From Phoronis australis (Eukaryota > Animalia > Phoronida), in assembly GCA_002633005.1 (NCBI GenBank), contig NMRA01000117.1, positions 273,694 to 337,547 of the forward strand: a stretch of DNA of 63,854 nt, written 5' to 3'. A program made the translations under genes and the position numbers. The notes under the pieces are model-generated. The model was not told the DNA's origin. It saw nothing but the letters and a program-made list of their open reading frames with translations, and did not search any database. Shown here in pieces: positions 47,801 to 63,854 of this stretch (the stretch's first letter is position 1; every line of letters starts with the position of its first letter).

Positions 47801-50800
47801 ACAGGTGTCTCTATGACAGGCCCATGACCCGGGTAGGCCCTAGAGGGAGACAGGGATAATATTTTCTTCAACGACTGGGTGTAGTCGAATAAATCTTCAA
47901 AAACCTGCAAAAATCATTAAACGATATTTAGCAAAGCGCCAGAAACACAGTAAAGATACATTATCTTCATGTTCCTTAGCAACCAATTGTACTATGTTAT
48001 AACTTCCACTACTCAAGTGCTTTTTACAAGAGATATTTAAACTCTGGTTATAGACCCTATTCACGTAGTTGCCATTTTAGTAGTGAGCTATTTTTTACAT
48101 TTAAAAAGACATTGCATTTGAGTCATAAATATCATGAGGCACGTGAAAAAATTATGCTCTGCGCAGCAATCAAGTGCAGAACACATTGTTTTTAAAACCT
48201 AAAAAGGGGCTCACTTAAGATGGCGACTGCAGGAATACGGTGCATAGACAAAAAAGTTTATCTGGCATCTGTTTCATGAAAGCGACTTAAACTTGCTTTA
48301 TGGCTTTTTGGCAAACTGTGTTGAATCACCTTAAGTCAAACCAAGGTCTTAATACGAGTTCTAAGATATTGAAAAACGATAGGGACTATAATCCTAATAG
48401 TCGTCAATGCATTGACTTTTTATTGCACAATACATACACATGTGCCTTCTCCTAAGACTGTGTCTGCAGTAAAGACGGCATTCTCTTCTTCAAGCAGTAA
48501 TGCCATGTGGTCATTGGAGTGACCAGGTGTGAACAGGGCTCTGGAACGATACTACAGTGTCAACTGTTACAGTATACGCCACAAGAAACCAGACAAAATG
48601 ACCCATCACTACATGTCATGATGGCTGAGCGCAAGTGAAATCCCACGCTATGATGGTTGAGTGTAAGCCACATTGACCATCATGGTAGTTCTCTATCATG
48701 ACAGGAAACTTAAATCAAGTGGAAGAGCTATTCACTAATTCCTTACAGTTTAGATCTTATCAATCGTCATCAAACCTTGTGATATCTTTAAAAGATGCAT
48801 TGCATGACAAACACAGATGACCAATACACTCGTCAAAATATGAATAAAGTTTGAACTGCTAAGGTATAATACTACTGAAAAAAATGCAAATCGTCAGACA
48901 AGAACATAAGTGTTATTCGTAGCATAATTAACCAAGTTACTCACTTGAGCGTCGCACCTTCAGTTTTAAAGATGTGACCGTCATTTACAAACGAATAATT
49001 CAGATTACTTCCAAGAGGCTCATCATCTTGAAGAGACTTCTGAATCTTGGATATTTTTACTGGAGAACCTCAAAGAAGTTAAAACAAATTATGAAGTTTT
49101 TGCATGAACTGGCAGCAGATATTTCTACTCAAAGATACTAGTACCTCAAAAACTATTTGGTGTGATTTAATGAGTGAAGTGCAAGAAAATATATTTATTA
49201 AGTATTCTTACAGCAACCATTGAATTTCAAGCTAACAAAGCCATAAAGAATACAACATAGATAGATATGTGCACTAGATAACAATGCATAAAGAAAACAC
49301 ACTAAAATACAATTTGTTAAAATTTATATAGACTCGGACCAAACCATTGGCCACTCTCAAATCCGTCTTACCACCATTTTACACAAAAAAACAAAGAATA
49401 ATCACCATGAGTGAACAATGCCCCACTTCAAAATAATGTGAATAATAAGAATTCAGTTGTCTCAATGATCTGTTTGAACAGGTCGCCGCGACCTGTATGA
49501 TGTTGCCTCTGACCTGTTTAAATAGCATGCGATCCAATTGATTTTTTCATTATCAACAAAAAAGTATCATTTTTGGGTGTTCGCTATGATATGCACGCAC
49601 CATACACTGTCTATATTTTCAAAGTGGTTGTAAATACGACCTGTTTGAATTTTTGAGGGTGGAGAACCATGGAACATGCGTAAGTTGGACAAAAGCAGCA
49701 GGAAATCCTTAAGAACTGTCAACAAGCTGGTGAAGGGAATGGTCATTGTACAACCACTGCCACCTGTGGGTGATTAGAATAGCTAGAAATGCAGGGACAA
49801 ACTCACTCAGAACATACAGACAATAAGGAAGTGGGCCTTCCAACTTCACAGCACTAATTACCTGTACTGTCTATTGAAGTCTTTCATGCGAAACAGCAAA
49901 CCAAACTGCAAAACTCAGCTGAATTTTTCACACAGGTCCCAAAATGAGTCAGGGTAGAGAATAGAACTATGCTTTTTTGGCCTTACATAAAGTTACAAAA
50001 CACGCAGCTGATAAATATCACTGGTAAAACTTACTCCTGAGAACATTTGAGCAAACATCGGGGACAGCATCAACATGGTCCTGATGCCAGTGAGTGACCA
50101 GGATTTCTTGTATGGTAAGTTGATCATCACTTAAGACCTTCGAAAGGTTTTGTAAGTATTCAGGCATGTCTTTATTGCTTGTATCAATCAGAATTCTCCT
50201 GAAACAGTGAAAGAAAAATCTATGACTTACAGCTCAAATTTGTGATCCCAATACTTTTGGCTTTCCCATTTAACATGAAAATCATGGACTAAACTAGTCC
50301 CAGACTTTCTTATCATGAAAACAGATGATTTTGGATACCATCAAAAAATGACAGATCAGCTACGAAAGATAAGAAGCCGAGCCCTAACTTGATAGGGTAA
50401 CAACCAGGTCTGTCAAGATTGGGGGCTTTTTGAAAGTCTTTTGCATGCTTGTCAAAGTTTCAGATGGTCTGTTTGAGGATTGAAATCAATTGATGTCATG
50501 GCACTGAATGCTTCGAGACATCTGTAGTGTGGATGAGGAAATAAAGCATACCAGTATTTTAGAGGATTAGGAAGGTAACCAACCATCCTTACAGTTAGTA
50601 GCATAATATATTCACACTGGATACCTCATTTAGACTGACAGCAGCAGAACATGCCTCTAAAGCGGAATGTTACCTTTCTGAAGGCTTTTTTTGTCCATTT
50701 GTAATATTTTGCTTATTAAGGTAATTTGAACCTATTTATTTGGTTTTTACAACATGAAAATAGAAGATAATCAAACAGGAAGTTTGGAAATGTCAACCGA

Positions 50801-52441
50801 TCTGTGTAAGCTGTATTACAGCTCTATGTTCAATGGCTCAGCAGTCTGCAGACTTTCAGTTGCGGCTCCATTACATAACAATTTGCCTTTGACTTGAACA
50901 ATGATGCCTGAAATGGGTGATAAAACTAATGTTTAATGTAACAAGGAATAATTTGTTGACACACACATTGAGTGCACAGTGTAAACATGGTCACACCATC
51001 ACACTTCTGGTTCAATGAAGAACTAAAGTTATTGTTTTATAATAAAAATCAACTAAAAAGATTCAAAATACATTTCAGAGAAAGTAAAATTTGCCAAATT
51101 CACCAACAATACATTAAAAAGGCAACATTCTTCAGCAATCATTATACGTCTACTAGGATTACAACTATTTGTTTTCTCTCATAATTGTCCTTGAAATTTA
51201 GATAAGAAAAGGCTGTAAGACACTGTTCATTTTCAATGTTGCTTCTTAAAAATATAAACTAAGTGTTTTCGTTGTCCAAAAATATTGCAACACCCCATCT
51301 CTTGCAACAGCAACAGAGCAAGATGCTCGCACTAATCTTCAGAACTATTTGCAGACACGACCCAGATAGTGCTACTGCTCAAAACATTGACATGATGATT
51401 TTTGCATGAAGAGCTAAGGATTATTAGTCAGTCTTTCAACTATCTATGGAAATGTAACTGAAGACAATAGACTGAGAGAATACAAAACATCCAGCAGTCA
51501 CAGTGATTTAACGCCTGAAGGGCAGCAAGTCTATTCTCGCTCTGGACAAATTGTTACTTGGCCAATAGGTTTCAGCTGCAACAAAGATGTACAACATTGT
51601 TAGTTGAAGGATTGTAGATTTGACCCCTTATAATAACAGTGATGGCACGTTAGTAACTGTACCTTACACCTTACACATACATTACAGTTGCTAATGTCCC
51701 GTCACATAACGTTACCTTGCCCACCACACAATTTAAGTAAACCAAAAGAATTGATGTGCCCGAAGGAAAAGCTTGCTTTCCCAAATTATTGAGTTGTAAA
51801 GCCTTCAATCAAACAATCACATAGATATAAAAAATGCATGTTCTGTTGAGTGCCCCTAGACTTGGAAATACATATTTGCAGTTCACTACCCCGACAGCAA
51901 AAGCTACCTGATCAGTCAGTCGGGCAACTTTATGGCATAGACATACGAATGAGTAAAGTATTGCGAGGTTCAGGGACGGATCCAGGATTTTGAGTTGGGG
52001 GAGGGGGGGGGCAGGGCAGAGTATTAGCCAGGATTTTGCCCGTCAGACATTCGCACCCTTGAACTACCAAATGGAATCTGGGAGAATTTTAGGCACTGGT
52101 CGGATATAACGGTCCCGGATTTAGAAAACCAGGCAGACACTAAATAACGGGCCCTTACTTAGTGGATGAAACTGGTTCTCTAAATCAGGGACCACTATAT
52201 GCAATCAGAGCCAAAGACGGAACGAAGTCCGAGACTAGAGATAGAGTAGAGTACTAGAGTATAGAGGATCAAACTCAAACTCTCACAAAATTTTACAACA
52301 CCAGATCATTCTGTTTTACCGTTTTCCAGTTCCCACTAAATACGAGTTAGTGCCTTGAAGCGTAAAAGGACCCGGATTACAACCTAAAATACGAATCACA
52401 CGCTCGGAGAGCTTCTCAATTTTAGGTATTACAGATAACAT
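44769..52441 (-). CDS. LACTB2: Endoribonuclease LACTB2 (metallo-beta-lactamase domain), 7 exons, about 290-293 aa
   Basis: complement join(52441-52320,50198-50035,49059[or 49068]-48945,48540-48438,47904-47680,46935-46854,44830-44769). Motifs [30 protein letters not shown] (HxHxDH), [22 protein letters not shown]. Confidence 0.95.
45204..46620. mobile_element. Non-autonomous pogo/Tc1-mariner-type DNA transposon (1417 bp) in the LACTB2 last intron
   Basis: TA|CCGTATTCGCCGTAATAACTGCCCA ... TGGGCGGTTATTATGGCGAATACGG|TA: 25-bp TIR (23/25) with a TA TSD. Subterminal AATAAGCGCCC near both ends. No transposase ORF. Confidence 0.88.
46854..46935 (-). CDS. LACTB2: LACTB2 exon 6
   Basis: tgtag|[27 protein letters not shown] g|gtgagt. 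Confidence 0.9.
47680..47904 (-). CDS. LACTB2: LACTB2 exon 5
   Basis: tgcag|VFEDLFDY...YPGHGPVI...MDIVKIVYI|gtgagt. Confidence 0.95.
48051..48246. mobile_element. Degenerate MITE in LACTB2 intron 4
   Basis: Imperfect TIRs of about 35 bp: tagaccctattcacgtagttgccattttag..gtgagc / gctcacttaagatggcgactgcaggaatacggtgcata. Confidence 0.5.
48438..48540 (-). CDS. LACTB2: LACTB2 exon 4
   Basis: ccag|a [34 protein letters not shown]|gtatgt. Confidence 0.95.
48945..49059 (-). CDS. LACTB2: LACTB2 exon 3 (alternative in-frame start at 49068)
   Basis: [16 protein letters not shown]...[15 protein letters not shown] aa|gtgagt. Confidence 0.88.
50035..50198 (-). CDS. LACTB2: LACTB2 exon 2 (HxHxDH metal site)
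   Basis: ttcag|g [14 protein letters not shown]...[20 protein letters not shown] a|gtaagt. Confidence 0.95.
51971..52084 (+). mobile_element. Truncated copy of a CAG..GCGGAT-terminus MITE (fuller inverted copy at 55508-55654)
   Basis: cggatccaggattttgagttg...cagggcagagtattagccaggattttgcccgtcagacattcgcaccc...ccaaatggaatct is the reverse complement of about 55552-55649. Confidence 0.75.
52092..52212. mobile_element. Fold-back MITE (GGC...GCC termini), same family as 6543-6661
   Basis: ggcactggtcggatataacggtcccggatttagaaaacca ... tggttctctaaatcagggaccactatatgcaatcagagcc. Confidence 0.7.
52320..52441 (-). CDS. LACTB2: LACTB2 exon 1
   Basis: [40 protein letters not shown] cg|gtaaaa. Confidence 0.95.
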
Positions 52442-52743
52442 GCTGAAAATAGACTCAAGGACAACAGGGAGTGAAATTCAGATGTTTTTCCGGGACAACA
52501 ACGACATCTGGTGGTAAAACCGATCGACCTTTTACGGAGATATACGACTGTAGCCGATTGGATTCTCGTGTGAATATTTTGTTCGAGACTTCAACTTCCT
52601 TCACTTCCGTAAATTTTGATTCCTTCGGTTTTGTTAAATATGTGGCATTTTGAGTGACAAATTGTAGTGTGATCGTTGCCTCTTGGAGCTGTATGGAAAT
52701 GGTACTCTCACAAGATTGCAGATAACACAGTGGAATTACAGAA
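52442..52743. promoter_or_regulatory. Bidirectional promoter between LACTB2 and STK3/4
   Basis: Only about 300 bp between the divergent ATGs. CpG-enriched, tandem ETS-like ACTTCCT / CACTTCCG at about 52594-52609, ATTGG at 52557-52561. Confidence 0.75.
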
Positions 52744-63270
<10,527 letters not shown>

Positions 63271-63854
63271 GTTGGTTGTACTTCACCTATAATTTCATTG
63301 GATTTTAAAGTTCCCCTTGCACATACTTCCGAAAAGTCTAACTTGAGGCAGTTGTCAACCTAAATTTGTGGAAGCTTTTCAAAAATGAAATATTCACGTG
63401 TTACCCTATATGTATGTGTGTAGGGCCATGAGATTTGTCATGAAGTACGGAGTGTAATACGAGTTTAATTTTTACCGAAACAATTGTCTGCTGTCACCAT
63501 TTCCTCTCTCTCTCTCTCTCTTCAGTTCGCATGATTTCACATTTTTGTGATAATGGCAACATTCGACTTTGGTTTTGTCATTGACTTTGATGAGTTCAGA
63601 ACTGATGAAATGAAATAGGAACAAAGCAAATCTCCCTATTGTAACTGATGGCATTATTGAGGATTTTGTTGTCACGAAACCTCTTGTACTTTTACCAGCT
63701 TGGGTACGATTAACATAAATATGATGGTCATATAATAACAAACAAAAGCACATGTCCATAAGACATTGCCGCAACACAAAAGAGTGTAATATAGGATAAA
63801 TAGCTTATTACAGACATATAAGAAATGAAAGCGCTCCGAGGAGCGAAACTTGGC

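Overview
AT-rich, intron-rich animal genomic DNA. Gene content and repeat style suggest a lophotrochozoan, probably a mollusc (inference only). Hand-splicing at GT-AG sites recovers four protein-coding genes. RIOK3 (minus strand) has only its first coding exon in the window. SEC14L1/real-time (plus strand) has 14 coding exons, about 698 aa, PRELI + CRAL-TRIO + GOLD. LACTB2 (minus strand) has 7 exons, about 290 aa, metallo-beta-lactamase fold. STK3/STK4 Hippo kinase (plus strand) has its first 10 exons here and continues past the window. They form two head-to-head pairs (RIOK3|SEC14L1, LACTB2|Hippo) joined tail-to-tail. Introns carry a solo LTR with a 5-bp TSD, a pogo/Tc1-mariner-type non-autonomous element, several MITEs, a Helentron/HINE-like repeat and many minisatellites. 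Three near-identical duplications, two of them including SEC14L1 exons, each abut a single N. They are best read as uncollapsed haplotypes, two apparently broken by heterozygous TE insertions. The least explained part is the roughly 2.5 kb between RIOK3 and SEC14L1. It has two promoter-like blocks, splice signals for two convergent short transcripts and an intronic array of hairpins (candidate ncRNA host). I cannot establish a new biological system from sequence alone, and most ORF-track entries are spurious.
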